DNA of 59,904 bases, counting the filler. It is 6 parts of 6 records of this genome, joined end to end, with 100 filler letters (N's around TTAATTAATTAA, not from the genome) between each part and the next. Parts side by side here need not be neighbours in the genome. Positions count along the whole stretch, not along the records: positions 1 to 14,125 come from DRR723986_5545; 5 more parts are not named here. One strand, 5' to 3'. Positions 1 through 12,749 of this stretch are shown here, in pieces (positions within the stretch are counted from its first letter, which is position 1; each line of letters opens with the position of its first letter). Made by a program: the position numbers and the translations under genes. The notes under the pieces were generated by a model, which did no database searches, was not told the origin of the DNA, and saw only the letters and a list, made by a program, of their open reading frames with translations.

Positions 1-1
1 G

Positions 2-634
2 GCCAGCACCGATGATTTCAAAGGCAAAACACTGGGCGTTTGGTTCTTTGGCAACGAATTTCCGTTTCTGTCCTGGATGAGCCAGCTGGGCCTGCCCACC
101 ACAGGCGGGGCCGATGGCGTGACGGTTCTAAAGCAAGGGTTCAACGTAGACCCGCTGCTGCAAAAGCAGGCGGCTTGCGTATCGACCATGACCTATAATG
201 AATATTGGCAGGTGATCGATGCAGGCCTGACACCCGATGATCTGATCGTTTTCAAATACGAAGATCAGGGCGTGGCCACGCTGGAAGATGGGCTGTATGT
301 GCTGGAAGAAAAGCTGGCCGATCCTGCCTTTGAAGACAAGATGGTGCGCTTTGTGCGGGCATCGATGAAGGGCTGGAAATATGCCGAGGCCAACCCCGAT
401 GAGGCCGCCGATATCGTGTTGGAAAACGATGCAACCGGCGCCCAAACCGAGGCCCATCAGCGCCGCATGATGGCCGAGGTGGCCAAACTGACCGCAGGCT
501 CGAACGGCGCGTTGGATCCGGCAGATTACGAGCGCACAGTCGCCTCGCTAATGTCGGGCGGCTCGGACCCCGTTATCACAATGGCACCACAGGGCGCCTG
601 GACCCACGCCATCACCGACAAAGCGCTGAAATAA
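2..634 (+). CDS. ABC transporter substrate-binding protein, NMT1/THI5-like (5' truncated)
   Basis: ORF is open from the window edge; STMTYNEYWQV and FVRASMKGWKYA-type segments typical of NMT1/THI5 SBPs. Confidence 0.75.
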   Translation, partial: ASTDDFKGKTLGVWFFGNEFPFLSWMSQLGLPTTGGADGVTVLKQGFNVDPLLQKQAACVSTMTYNEYWQVIDAGLTPDDLIVFKYEDQGVATLEDGLYVLEEKLADPAFEDKMVRFVRASMKGWKYAEANPDEAADIVLENDATGAQTEAHQRRMMAEVAKLTAGSNGALDPADYERTVASLMSGGSDPVITMAPQGAWTHAITDKALK

Positions 635-655
635 GCGCAGCGGTTTTGCCAAACC

Positions 656-689
656 AAAGGCCCAAGGCGCATGCGCTTTGGGCCTTTTT
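656..689 (+). terminator. Rho-independent terminator after the SBP gene
   Basis: AAAGGCCCAAGGCGC-AT-GCGCTTTGGGCCTTTTT hairpin with T tract. Confidence 0.7.
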
Positions 690-714
690 CATGCCTAAAC
701 TTCCACCACCACGC

Positions 715-746
715 AAAAAGGCCCGGGGGTTTGCACGCCCCGGGCC
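715..746 (-). terminator. Rho-independent terminator after amtB
   Basis: GGCCCGGGG...CCCCGGGCC stem followed by TTTTT on the minus strand. Confidence 0.65.
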
Positions 747-770
747 CTTGGTTTTTGATCCGGTTGGGCC

Positions 771-2093
771 TTAGCCCTTGGAGAACTCGGGGTAGGCTTC
801 CATGCCCAGCTCGGCCATGTCCAGCCCGTTGATCTCGTCTTCTTCCGACACGCGGATGCCGACGGTGGCTTTCAGGATGAACCACAAGATGCCCGACACC
901 ACAAAGACAAAGGCGCCAACCACAACGATGGAATAAAGCTGCGCACCCAGGCTGGCATCACCATTGGTGAAGACCACTGCGATCGTGCCCCAGATACCGG
1001 CCATCAGGTGCACCGGAATGGCGCCAACCACGTCGTCGATTTTCAGCTTGTCCAGGAAGGGCACAGCAAACACCACGATCACGCCACCCACGGCACCGAT
1101 CAGCGTGGCCGAACCCAAGGTGGGGGTCAGCGGCTCGGCGGTGATCGAAACCAGGCCGGCCAGGGCGCCGTTCAGCACCATCGTCAGGTCAACCTTTTTA
1201 TACAGCAGCTGTGTCAGCAGCAGGGCCGCAACGGCACCGCCTGCAGCGGCCGTATTGGTGTTGGCGAAAATCCGGCTGATATCGGCCACGTTGCCCGCGG
1301 TATCCATATACAGCTGCGAGCCACCGTTAAAGCCAAACCAACCCAGCCACAGAATAAACGTGCCCAGCGTGGCCAGCGGCAGGTTCGACCCCATGAAGGG
1401 CACGGTGCGGCCTTCTTTGTATTTACCGATACGCGGGCCCAAGATCAGCGCGCCAGCCAAAGCGGCCCAGCCACCGACCGAGTGCACAACGGTCGAGCCG
1501 GCAAAATCTAGGAAGCCTGCCTCGTCAAGGAAACCACCGCCCCATTTCCAGCTGGCCTGGATGGGATAGATAAACGCCGTCAGCACGATAACGAAGAACA
1601 GGAACGGCCACAGCTTGATGCGCTCGGCCAGGGTGCCCGACACGATCGAGGCAGTGGTGGCGCAGAACATCAGCTGGAAGAAAAAGTCAGACCCGACAGA
1701 TGCATAGGTGAGATCAGGTTCGGCACCGGCCAGGCCCACAGGTTCCAGGCTGGCCATCGAGAAGGCACCGATGACGCCAGAAATTGTCCAGCCGTCGCCC
1801 GGATACATCAGGTTATAGCCCACCACGTAATAGGCGATAGCGGCCAGGGCAAACAGCGCGATGTTTTTTGTCAGCTGCATGGTTACGTTTTTGGAACGCA
1901 CCAGCCCGGCCTCGAGCATGGCAAAACCGGCCGCCATCCAGAACACCAAAAAGCCCGCGACAAGGAACATGAAGGTGGTGAAGATAAAGCCGATCTCTTG
2001 GTTCGGCGGGGTGACATCGGCCTCTTGGGCCAGGCCCAGCGACGGCAGCGCAATCAGCGCAGCGGCGGCCCCCAGTTTAACAGCAAAATTCAT
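771..2093 (-). CDS. amtB: ammonium transporter
   Basis: FAMLEAG, DFAGSTVVHSVGG, GWFGFNGGS and DDVVGAIPVH motifs; directly downstream of glnK; start chosen from the AGGA RBS. Confidence 0.95.
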   Translation of the reverse strand: MNFAVKLGAAAALIALPSLGLAQEADVTPPNQEIGFIFTTFMFLVAGFLVFWMAAGFAMLEAGLVRSKNVTMQLTKNIALFALAAIAYYVVGYNLMYPGDGWTISGVIGAFSMASLEPVGLAGAEPDLTYASVGSDFFFQLMFCATTASIVSGTLAERIKLWPFLFFVIVLTAFIYPIQASWKWGGGFLDEAGFLDFAGSTVVHSVGGWAALAGALILGPRIGKYKEGRTVPFMGSNLPLATLGTFILWLGWFGFNGGSQLYMDTAGNVADISRIFANTNTAAAGGAVAALLLTQLLYKKVDLTMVLNGALAGLVSITAEPLTPTLGSATLIGAVGGVIVVFAVPFLDKLKIDDVVGAIPVHLMAGIWGTIAVVFTNGDASLGAQLYSIVVVGAFVFVVSGILWFILKATVGIRVSEEDEINGLDMAELGMEAYPEFSKG

Positions 2094-2118
2094 GGTCATT
2101 TCCTTTCCCCAACACGCC

Positions 2119-2457
2119 TTACAGCGCATCCTCGTTGGTTTCGCCGGTCCGCACCCGCAGCGCCTGCTGCAGATCGAGCACAAATATCTTTCCATCGCCG
2201 ATCTTCCCGGTTTTGGCGGTTTGCGCGATGGTATCCACCACCTGATCCGCCATGCCCGACTGCACTGCGATTTCCAGTTTGATTTTCGGCACGAAATTCA
2301 CCGCGTACTCTGCACCACGGTAGATTTCGGTGTGGCCAGACTGTGCGCCAAAGCCCTTGATTTCGGTCACCATCATGCCGCGCACACCGATCGAGGTTAG
2401 CGCTTCGCGCACCTCTTCCAGTTTGAACGGTTTGATCGTTGCAATGATCAGTTTCAC
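2119..2457 (-). CDS. glnK: P-II nitrogen regulator
   Basis: 112 aa from GTG: KLIIATIKPFKLEEV...YRGAEY...GKIGDGKIFV; paired with amtB. Confidence 0.93.
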   Translation of the reverse strand: MKLIIATIKPFKLEEVREALTSIGVRGMMVTEIKGFGAQSGHTEIYRGAEYAVNFVPKIKLEIAVQSGMADQVVDTIAQTAKTGKIGDGKIFVLDLQQALRVRTGETNEDAL

Positions 2458-2578
2458 CTTAGTCCCCTTTACGATCTGCGGCGGAGGGTGCCCGCCCGTT
2501 TGCACCTGCAGAAAATCCCAATATCTGGCCGGGTGGAAAGATGGAGCGCTGCAAACACAGGCAAAACACCGCCCAAGT

Positions 2579-2595
2579 TGCACTCTTTTTGTGCA
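2579..2595. promoter_or_regulatory. putative NtrC binding site upstream of glnK-amtB
   Basis: TGCAC-TCTTTTT-GTGCA matches the TGCAC-N7-GTGCA NtrC consensus. Confidence 0.75.
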
Positions 2596-2717
2596 TTTTA
2601 ACTTTTTTGATTAATTTTTAATCTTCACAAAAAAGCGCGTATGGGAAATCAGGTGTCAACATTTGCCCACGCTGCCAGTATGATCGGGTGAATAATAACG
2701 CTCGGGCAGGGCAGTAT

Positions 2718-4889
2718 ATGAGTGATTCCGGACGCAGGCGGCCGCCATTGGTGGCAGAAAAGCGCTATGCTGCGCAGCCAGCCAAAAAGAAATCGGCCCC
2801 AAAGGCAAAACCCGCAGGCCAACCGCGCAAAGGGCCAAAGCGGCCCGCCACAAAGCCGCGCAACATTGTGGTGCGTCTGGTGGCGGGGCTGTTGGGGTGG
2901 CTGTGGCGCCTGATCTGGGCCTTTACATGGCGCATCAGCCTGACTGCCGCGGTGCTGGTGGGGCTGGCTGTGGGCTATACCTATTACACCTTGCCCGAAA
3001 TTGATGCTTTGCTAGACGGGCGGCAAAAAGGCTCGGTGACATTGCTGGATACCAATGGCGCGGTCTTTGCCTGGCGGGGCGACCAATTTGGCGGTGTGGT
3101 CACGGCCAATTCTGTAAGCCCACATCTGAAAAACGCGGTGGTTGCGACCGAAGACAAGCGGTTTTACAGCCATTTCGGCCTGTCGCCCCGCGGCATTGCC
3201 AGCGCTGTGCGCATCAACCTGCGCGAAGGGCGTGGCCCGCTTTCGGGGCATGGCGGCTCGACCATCACGCAACAAACGGCCAAGCTGCTGTGCCTTGGCG
3301 TGCCCTTTGACCCCAGCCAGTGGAAAAACCAAACCGAATACGAGGCCGATTGCCGCCGCTCGTCTTTGGTGCGCAAAGCCAAAGAAGCCATTTTTGCCAT
3401 GGCGATGGAGGCCAAATACACCAAGGATGAGATTCTAACCGTCTATCTAAACCGCGCCTATATGGGCGGCGGCGCCTATGGTGCCGAGGCGGCAGCGCAA
3501 CGGTTTTTTGGCAAAACCTCGGGCCAGTTAACCCCGGCTGAAAGCGCCATGCTGGCGGGCCTGCTGACCGCGCCAACAGCCTTGGCGCCCACCAGCAACC
3601 TTGAACGCTCGCAAAGCCGGGCGGCGGTGGTTATTAACCTGATGCACGATCAGGGCTATCTCAGCGATGCAGATACGCGCCAGGCCCTGGCCAACCCCGC
3701 ACAGCTATCCGAAGCAGCCGAGGCGCGCGCAGGCGGCTATTTCGTTGATTGGGTCATGTCTACCGGGCCCGAGTTTTTTACCCGCAACACCACCGAAGAT
3801 GTGGTGATACGCACCACACTGGACCCGCGCATTCAAACCGCAGCCGAAGAAGGCATGCGAGAAGTATTTGAAAGCAAGGTGAAAGAGGGATCGAAAGCGC
3901 AAGCCGCCATCGTGGTGATGGGCGCAGATGGCGCAGTGCGCGCCATGGTGGGGGGGCGCAAAACCAAAGTGGTGGGCGCCTTTAACCGCGCCACGCAGGC
4001 GCTGCGGCAAACCGGATCTAGCTTTAAGCCCTTTGTCTATGCGGCGGCGCTGGATATGGGCTATTCGGCCGAGGATGTCATCGCCGACGAGCGCTATTGC
4101 ATCGATGTGCCCGGCTCGGGCGAATGGTGCCCGCAAAACTATGACCGCAAATATCATGGCCAGGTCACACTGACCGAGGCGCTGCGCAGCTCGTTGAACA
4201 TACCAGCCGTAAAGGTGGCGCAAAGCGTGGGCCTGGAACAGGTGCGCACCGTGGCCAGTGGCTTTGGCATCAATTCCGATCTGGCCCTGGGCCCGGCGCT
4301 GGCCTTGGGCGCATCGGAATCGACACTGCTGGAAATGACCGGCGCCTATGCAGGCATTTTAAACGGTGGCTCGTCTGTGCGCCCCTATGGGCTGACCGAG
4401 TTGCGCATGCAGGGCGACCCCGCCCCGTTGATGAGCGCCACAGGCGGTATCGGCGAGCGGGTCATCCAGCAAGATGCCGCGCGCGAGCTGACCTGGATGA
4501 TGCACAAGGTGGTCAGCGAAGGCACAGGCCGGCGCGCTGATATCGAAGGCTGGCAGGTGGCGGGCAAAACCGGCACCACACAGGCCGCGCGCGATGCCTG
4601 GTTTATTGGCTTTACTGCCGATTATGTTGCCGGCGTTTGGATGGGCTATGATGATAACACACCACTTTCTGGCGTTACCGGATCGGGCTTGCCTGCCGAA
4701 ATTTGGCACGAAGTGATGGCCCGCGTGCACGAGGGGCTAGAGCCGCAGCCGCTGCCCATGGCCCCCCCCGTGGGCAATGGTGGTGGCCTGCCTGGCACCG
4801 GCGGGCAACCCGGTGGTGGGCTGGGGATAATCGACGGCTTGTTGCGCGATATATTTGGTGCGCTGCAGGGGGGCACCGGCGGGCGCTGA
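2718..4889 (+). CDS. class A penicillin-binding protein (PBP1A family)
   Basis: EDKRFY and GGSTITQQTAK transglycosylase motifs; GSSFKP (SxxK), SLN and KTGT transpeptidase motifs; N-terminal TM segment. Confidence 0.92.
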   Translation: MSDSGRRRPPLVAEKRYAAQPAKKKSAPKAKPAGQPRKGPKRPATKPRNIVVRLVAGLLGWLWRLIWAFTWRISLTAAVLVGLAVGYTYYTLPEIDALLDGRQKGSVTLLDTNGAVFAWRGDQFGGVVTANSVSPHLKNAVVATEDKRFYSHFGLSPRGIASAVRINLREGRGPLSGHGGSTITQQTAKLLCLGVPFDPSQWKNQTEYEADCRRSSLVRKAKEAIFAMAMEAKYTKDEILTVYLNRAYMGGGAYGAEAAAQRFFGKTSGQLTPAESAMLAGLLTAPTALAPTSNLERSQSRAAVVINLMHDQGYLSDADTRQALANPAQLSEAAEARAGGYFVDWVMSTGPEFFTRNTTEDVVIRTTLDPRIQTAAEEGMREVFESKVKEGSKAQAAIVVMGADGAVRAMVGGRKTKVVGAFNRATQALRQTGSSFKPFVYAAALDMGYSAEDVIADERYCIDVPGSGEWCPQNYDRKYHGQVTLTEALRSSLNIPAVKVAQSVGLEQVRTVASGFGINSDLALGPALALGASESTLLEMTGAYAGILNGGSSVRPYGLTELRMQGDPAPLMSATGGIGERVIQQDAARELTWMMHKVVSEGTGRRADIEGWQVAGKTGTTQAARDAWFIGFTADYVAGVWMGYDDNTPLSGVTGSGLPAEIWHEVMARVHEGLEPQPLPMAPPVGNGGGLPGTGGQPGGGLGIIDGLLRDIFGALQGGTGGR

Positions 4890-4903
4890 TGCGCGCCCTA
4901 GCC

Positions 4904-5506
4904 CTAGCTGCTGGCGCCCAATTCGGCGATCAACGCATCGATATCGCCACGGCGCCGGTCTAGCATGGCGCCGATTTCGGCACGTTCCGTCAACAGCATG
5001 TTCACACCTTCGATGAACATGTTGAAAAACTTGTCGCTGCCCGATCTGTCGGAAATAAGAAAGGTGACATCGAAAGGTGCCTCACCGCGCAAATGGGCGG
5101 TGGTTTTCACCTCGATAAAGCTTTTGACCGCCCGGGCCTCGTTTACCTCGATCCGGCCGCCGATGAATTCACGAAAGCGCCGGCCGTATTTCAAAGACAC
5201 GTAGCGCTGAAAAACCGTGGTGTAGCTTTGCAACTGCGCGGGCGTTGCGCGCCGCGCCTCGACGCCCAAAGTATAGCGCGCAATCGTGGGCACATCGGCG
5301 TAGCGGGCAAAGATACCTTCGAAATCGCGCAACATCGCTTGCTCGGGCTTACCAGACGAGATCACGCGGTTGATATCGGCCACCAGCCGATCAACCAACT
5401 GGCGCGCGCCAGCCTCGCTAAGCGCAAGGGCAGGCGTTGCAGCGCTGGCAAGCGTGGCGCCGATGATGCCCAGGGCGTGACGACGGGAAAAAACACTACT
5501 CGGCAT
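4904..5506 (-). CDS. mlaC: MlaC/Ttg2D phospholipid-binding periplasmic protein
   Basis: Tat-like SRRHAL leader, IARYTLG and IEGVNMLLTERAE segments; downstream of vacJ. Confidence 0.8.
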   Translation of the reverse strand: MPSSVFSRRHALGIIGATLASAATPALALSEAGARQLVDRLVADINRVISSGKPEQAMLRDFEGIFARYADVPTIARYTLGVEARRATPAQLQSYTTVFQRYVSLKYGRRFREFIGGRIEVNEARAVKSFIEVKTTAHLRGEAPFDVTFLISDRSGSDKFFNMFIEGVNMLLTERAEIGAMLDRRRGDIDALIAELGASS

Positions 5507-6266
5507 AAGGGTCCTCGTACGGGTCGGCGGTGGCGGCGTCTTTATAGGGGTCAGCATAGCCCAGGCTGGCATCGGCGCCCAGTTCGAAGCGGCGGTTTTG
5601 CAGGTAAATCAACCGTGATTGCGCGTAGCTGTCGGCGCTGTCGTAAAGCACTGAATCGATCGTGTTGCCAAAGCGCCCGCGCTTGCCCAATCGCTCGGCC
5701 ACTGAAATGGCGGTGCTGATCTCGCGCTCGGCGGGGGGCAGCGCGTTTTTCAGCGGGTTTGTGCCCAGATCTACCACACGGCCCACGGCATCGCGCACGG
5801 TTGAGGGGCCAAAGACGGGCAGTTCCACATAGGCGCCTTCGCCTGCACCCCATATGTGCAAGGTTTCACCGAAATCGGTGCTTTCTTCGGCAATACCCAT
5901 GGCGCCGGCGGTATCTAACAGGCCGGCCAGGCCAAAGGTGGCGTTTACGGAAAACCGGGTCAGGTTCAGCGCGGCCTTGTCGAATTTACCTTGTAGTAGG
6001 TGATTTGCCATATAGCCCGGCTGTGCCAAGGTATCGGCCAGATTGCCAATGCCGCTTTGCACAGGGCGCGGCAGCACCGCCACATAGGCCTTTGATGCCG
6101 GGCGCAACACAACCGCATCCAGGCCGCGGTTAAACCCGTGCACAGCGCGGTTCACACCCTCGGCCGGGTCGTTTACCGGGGTGCCGCCGGGCGTGGGTGT
6201 GCCCGCGCATGCCGTCAAAATGGACAGGGCCAAGGCCGCAGTTGCGATGCGCAGGAAAGGTGTCAT
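5496..6266 (-). CDS. mlaA: MlaA/VacJ lipoprotein
   Basis: Lipobox LTAC; DPAEGVNR, DFGETL and ELPVFGPSTVRD motifs. Confidence 0.9.
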   Translation of the reverse strand: MTPFLRIATAALALSILTACAGTPTPGGTPVNDPAEGVNRAVHGFNRGLDAVVLRPASKAYVAVLPRPVQSGIGNLADTLAQPGYMANHLLQGKFDKAALNLTRFSVNATFGLAGLLDTAGAMGIAEESTDFGETLHIWGAGEGAYVELPVFGPSTVRDAVGRVVDLGTNPLKNALPPAEREISTAISVAERLGKRGRFGNTIDSVLYDSADSYAQSRLIYLQNRRFELGADASLGYADPYKDAATADPYEDPYAE

Positions 6267-6476
6267 AGTTTACCCAAACAATGCCGGTTTCGGAGTATCA
6301 ATTCAAACCAACTACTTAGTCGCTGCACCTGCAAAGCCCACCCCAAAACGCATGGCTGCCTTAGGCTGTGGCAAAATGGCGACAGAAATCACAGGGGTTG
6401 ATCATAGCGGCAAATGGCAGGAACTTCGAGAGGCGATCTTTGCCAGTATACACAGCCCATGGAGTAACCCGTTAAG

Positions 6477-8210
6477 ATGAGCGCAACCGCCCCGCAAACC
6501 GGCCATGCCGAACTGGCCAAAATTCGGCAGGCCAGCCAGCATCTTTTCCTTTTCGTGGCGCTGTTTAGCATGGCGGTCAACCTGCTGATGTTGACCGGGC
6601 CGTTGTATATGCTGCAGGTCTATGACCGGGTTTTGGGCAGCCGGTCGGTGGAAACGCTGATCGCGCTTTCGCTGCTGGCCACGTTTCTATTTGTCATGAT
6701 GGGGCTGCTTGATCATGTGCGTGGGCGCGTGATGGGGCGGGTGGCCGCGCGGTTTCAGGCGGCATTAGATCAGCGCGTGTTTCAAGCGATGATTCGCAAA
6801 TCTGCCCTGCGCCCAGACGAACAAACCGCCGGTGCGCTGCGCGATCTTGAGGCGGTGCAGCGGCTGCTGGGGGCGCCTGCCATGCTGGCGCTGTTCGATC
6901 TGCCTTGGACACCGGTGTTTTTGTTTGGCATTTTTCTGTTCCACCCATGGCTGGGCTATTTGGCCATAGGCGGGGGGCTGGTTTTGGTGGCCATCACCGT
7001 TTTGAACCAGATCAGCACCCGCGCCCCCGTGGCCGAGGCGGCGCAGCGCGGCGCCCGATCCGAGGTATTGGCCGCGCAATTGCGCAGCGAGGCCGAGATG
7101 GTGCAAGCGCTGGGCATGGGCGCGGCGGTTATGGCGCGGTGGCGGCAGCTGCGGGGGCAGGCATTGCAGGCGCAGCTGGATGCGGCAGACCGGTCGGGGC
7201 TGTTCACCTCCAGCACCAAAACATTTCGGCTGTTTTTACAATCCGCCATGTTGGGGCTGGGGGCGTATTTGGTGCTGCAGGCCGAAGTGACCGCAGGCGC
7301 GATGATTGCAGGATCTATCTTGTTGGGGCGGGCGCTGGCGCCTGTCGAGCTGGCCGTGGGGCAATGGGCCATGGTGCAGCGCGCCCGCCAAGGCTGGCTG
7401 AATCTGGCCGCTCTTTTGGGCGATATCGCCCCCGACGCGCCCCGCACGCCGCTGCCCGACCCAAAGGCGCTGCTGGATGTGCAACAGCTGACAGTGTTTC
7501 CACCGGGCGAGGCGCAGCCTGTGTTGCGGGCTATCACCTTTGCGCTGCAACCGGGGCAGGCGGTTGGGGTGATTGGCGTGTCGGGCGCAGGCAAATCCAG
7601 CTTGGCGCGCGCGTTAACAGGCGCGTGGCGGCCCGCGCAGGGCAGCATCAGGCTGGATGGTGCAACGCTAGATCAATACGAGCCGGCCATATTGGGCCGC
7701 CACATCGGCTATTTGCCCCAACGCGTGCAGCTGTTCGAGGGCACGATCGCAGAAAACATCGCCAAAATGGCTACGCAGCCCGATGCCGAAAAAGTGGTGC
7801 AAGCCGCCCGGCGCGCCGGTGCGCATGAGATGATTTTGAAACTGCCCCAAGGCTATGACACGCTGGTGCCGGCCAATGGCGGGCGTTTGTCGGGGGGGCA
7901 GATGCAGCGCATTGCCCTGGCCCGCGCGCTTTATGATGACCCGGTGATCTTGGTGCTAGACGAGCCGAATTCGAACCTCGATACCGATGGCAGCGCCGCG
8001 CTGAACCAAGCCATTTTGCAGCAAAAACAGGCGGGCAAGGCGTGTTTGGTTATGGCCCATCGCCCTGCCGCCATCCAGGAATGCGACATGCTGCTGGTGT
8101 TAGATAACGGGCACAGCGTGGCCTTTGGCCCGCGCGATGATGTGCTGCGCAAGGCGGTGCATAACCACCAGCAATTGGCCCAACGCAGCACCCAGGGGGG
8201 CATACAATGA
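6477..8210 (+). CDS. type I secretion ABC permease/ATPase (PrtD/AprD family)
   Basis: LYMLQVYDRVL, Walker A GVSGAGKS, LSGGQMQR, LDEPNSNLD. Confidence 0.92.
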   Translation: MSATAPQTGHAELAKIRQASQHLFLFVALFSMAVNLLMLTGPLYMLQVYDRVLGSRSVETLIALSLLATFLFVMMGLLDHVRGRVMGRVAARFQAALDQRVFQAMIRKSALRPDEQTAGALRDLEAVQRLLGAPAMLALFDLPWTPVFLFGIFLFHPWLGYLAIGGGLVLVAITVLNQISTRAPVAEAAQRGARSEVLAAQLRSEAEMVQALGMGAAVMARWRQLRGQALQAQLDAADRSGLFTSSTKTFRLFLQSAMLGLGAYLVLQAEVTAGAMIAGSILLGRALAPVELAVGQWAMVQRARQGWLNLAALLGDIAPDAPRTPLPDPKALLDVQQLTVFPPGEAQPVLRAITFALQPGQAVGVIGVSGAGKSSLARALTGAWRPAQGSIRLDGATLDQYEPAILGRHIGYLPQRVQLFEGTIAENIAKMATQPDAEKVVQAARRAGAHEMILKLPQGYDTLVPANGGRLSGGQMQRIALARALYDDPVILVLDEPNSNLDTDGSAALNQAILQQKQAGKACLVMAHRPAAIQECDMLLVLDNGHSVAFGPRDDVLRKAVHNHQQLAQRSTQGGIQ

Positions 8211-9514
8211 CCAACCCCACACCAGAATTCAGCGTGCATCGGCACTTGGCCCTTGGCTTGGGCGGGTTGGCGTTGTTGATCCTTGGCTTTGGGGGCTGGG
8301 CCAGTTTCAGCGAAATCTCGGGCGCGGTTATTGCCCCGGGGCAGATCGAGGTAGATCAAAACCGCCAGGTGGTGCAGCACCCCGATGGCGGTGTTGTGGC
8401 GCAGATCTTGGCCCAGGAAGGCGATAGTGTGCGCCAGGGCCAGCTGTTGATCCAGCTTGATGCCACGCGCCTGGGATCAGAGCTGGCCATTATCGAGGGC
8501 CAGCTGTTCGAGCTGATGGCCCGCCGCGGCCGGCTAGAGGCCGAGCGCGACGACAAGCCCGAGCCGGTTTATGATATGTTGTTGCGCGATAGCGCCGCCA
8601 GCAATCAAGATGCGGCGGTTTTGATGGCAGGCCAAAGCCAATTGCTGGCCGCCCGCCGCGCATCGCGGGCACAAGAGGTGGCGCAGCTGGCCAAAAGGCG
8701 CAGCCAGATCGATACGCAAATCACCGGGATCAGCGCCCAATCGCAGGCCCTGGGCCAGCAGCTGGAATTGATCGAGCAAGAGCTGAAAGATCAGCAAACT
8801 TTGCTCGATCGCGGCCTGGCGCAGGCGGGGCGGGTGCTGGCACTGCGGCGCGAACAGGCGCGGCTTTCGGGGCAATTGGGCGAGCTGACAGCGCAGCGCG
8901 CTTTGGCCCAAGAGCGCGCCACTGAAATAGACCTAGAGGTAATCAAACTGCGCACCCAGCAGCGCGAAGAGGCCATTACCCGCCTGCGCGATTTGCAGTT
9001 TCGCGAATTAGAGCTGGCCGAACAGCGCCGCGCCTTGCTGGACCAACGCGACAGGCTGGCCATCCGCGCCCCGGCAAGCGGCATTATCTATGGGCTGCAA
9101 GTCACCACGCCACGATCGGTTATTCGCGCGGCCGAGCCGGTGATGTTTATCATCCCGCAAGATCGGCCCTTGGTTATTGCCGCGCGGGTCGATCCCATTC
9201 ACATCGATAAAATCACGCTGGGCCAGCCCGTAAACCTGCGGTTTTCCGCGCTTGACCAGCGCACCACCCCGGAATTGACGGGCGAGGTGGCCAAAGTATC
9301 GCCCGATGCCTTTGTCGATCAGGCCCGCGGGCTAAGCTACTATCGCGCCGAAATTACCCTGCCCGAGGCCGAGCAAGCCAAGCTGCCCGAAAACATACGC
9401 CTGCTGCCGGGCATGCCGGTCGAGGCCTTTATCCGCACGGGCGACAGAACACCGCTGGCCTATTTGACCAAACCGCTGACCGATTATTTCAGCAAGGCGT
9501 TTCGCGATGGCTAG
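8207..9514 (+). CDS. HlyD-family type I secretion membrane fusion protein (PrtE-like)
   Basis: VQHPDGGVV, a long coiled coil, IRAPASG and PGMPVEAFIRTG; 4-bp overlap with the ABC gene. Confidence 0.92.
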   Translation: MTNPTPEFSVHRHLALGLGGLALLILGFGGWASFSEISGAVIAPGQIEVDQNRQVVQHPDGGVVAQILAQEGDSVRQGQLLIQLDATRLGSELAIIEGQLFELMARRGRLEAERDDKPEPVYDMLLRDSAASNQDAAVLMAGQSQLLAARRASRAQEVAQLAKRRSQIDTQITGISAQSQALGQQLELIEQELKDQQTLLDRGLAQAGRVLALRREQARLSGQLGELTAQRALAQERATEIDLEVIKLRTQQREEAITRLRDLQFRELELAEQRRALLDQRDRLAIRAPASGIIYGLQVTTPRSVIRAAEPVMFIIPQDRPLVIAARVDPIHIDKITLGQPVNLRFSALDQRTTPELTGEVAKVSPDAFVDQARGLSYYRAEITLPEAEQAKLPENIRLLPGMPVEAFIRTGDRTPLAYLTKPLTDYFSKAFRDG

Positions 9515-9553
9515 GCCGCCCAGCGCCCCAAAGGGGGCGCCGGGCATCGAGGC

Positions 9554-12010
<2,457 letters not shown>

Positions 12011-12094
12011 TTACTGCCGTTTTATAGCGGCCCGCGGCCGGATTGTCACGCCACAGACACAATATTTGGTGGGTTCCAGCCATATCAGCCGCAA

Positions 12095-12715
12095 TCACGT
12101 GAAAGGGATAACACAGCCCACAAAAATCAATACCGCACCCGAGCCGATGTTCATCCGCCGCAGCGCCTTTGGGCTTTGCAACATTTGCCGCACACGATCC
12201 AAAAACAGCGCCAAACCCAAATTGCCCAGCATCGGCACCAGCGCAGAAATTGCCAAAATACAGGCAATATCCAGCGCGCCCACGCGGCCCAAATCAAAAA
12301 ACCCCGGCAAAATGCCCATGTAAAACAAAATTGCCTTTGGGTTGCCGATCACTGCCGCCACGCCAACAGAAAACCCAGCCCACAGGCCCGGCCGCGTCAG
12401 CCTGCTGTCGCCCTCAAGCCGTGTGGCGGGGCTGCGGACCAACATCACACCCATGCCCACAAACACCACAGCTGCCACCCAACGCAGAACGGATAAAAAA
12501 TCGCCATAGCTGGACAACACCCAACTCAGGCCGAAAATCGCGCAAAGCGGCCAGATCAAATCGCCCAGCGCCACCCCCACGGCCAAGGGCCACGCCCCAC
12601 GCATCCCCCCCGACAGGGCACGCGCCACCAAAGCCACCCACACAGGCCCCGGCACAGCCCAAAGCGCCGCCATGCCCCCCGCGTAAAGCAACAGATCATA
12701 CAATGAAACGGTCAT
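12095..12715 (-). CDS. LysE family translocator
   Basis: Hydrophobic protein with PGP and GNPKAILFY motifs. Confidence 0.85.
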   Translation of the reverse strand: MTVSLYDLLLYAGGMAALWAVPGPVWVALVARALSGGMRGAWPLAVGVALGDLIWPLCAIFGLSWVLSSYGDFLSVLRWVAAVVFVGMGVMLVRSPATRLEGDSRLTRPGLWAGFSVGVAAVIGNPKAILFYMGILPGFFDLGRVGALDIACILAISALVPMLGNLGLALFLDRVRQMLQSPKALRRMNIGSGAVLIFVGCVIPFT

Positions 12716-12749
12716 ATCCTATGTCCCATACCCCGTGCCCGGGGGGCGC

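Noticed and set aside
12095-12715. lysE-type gene interrupting recF-gyrB
   Set aside because: Composition matches its neighbours and there are no mobility signs; ordinary gene-order variation
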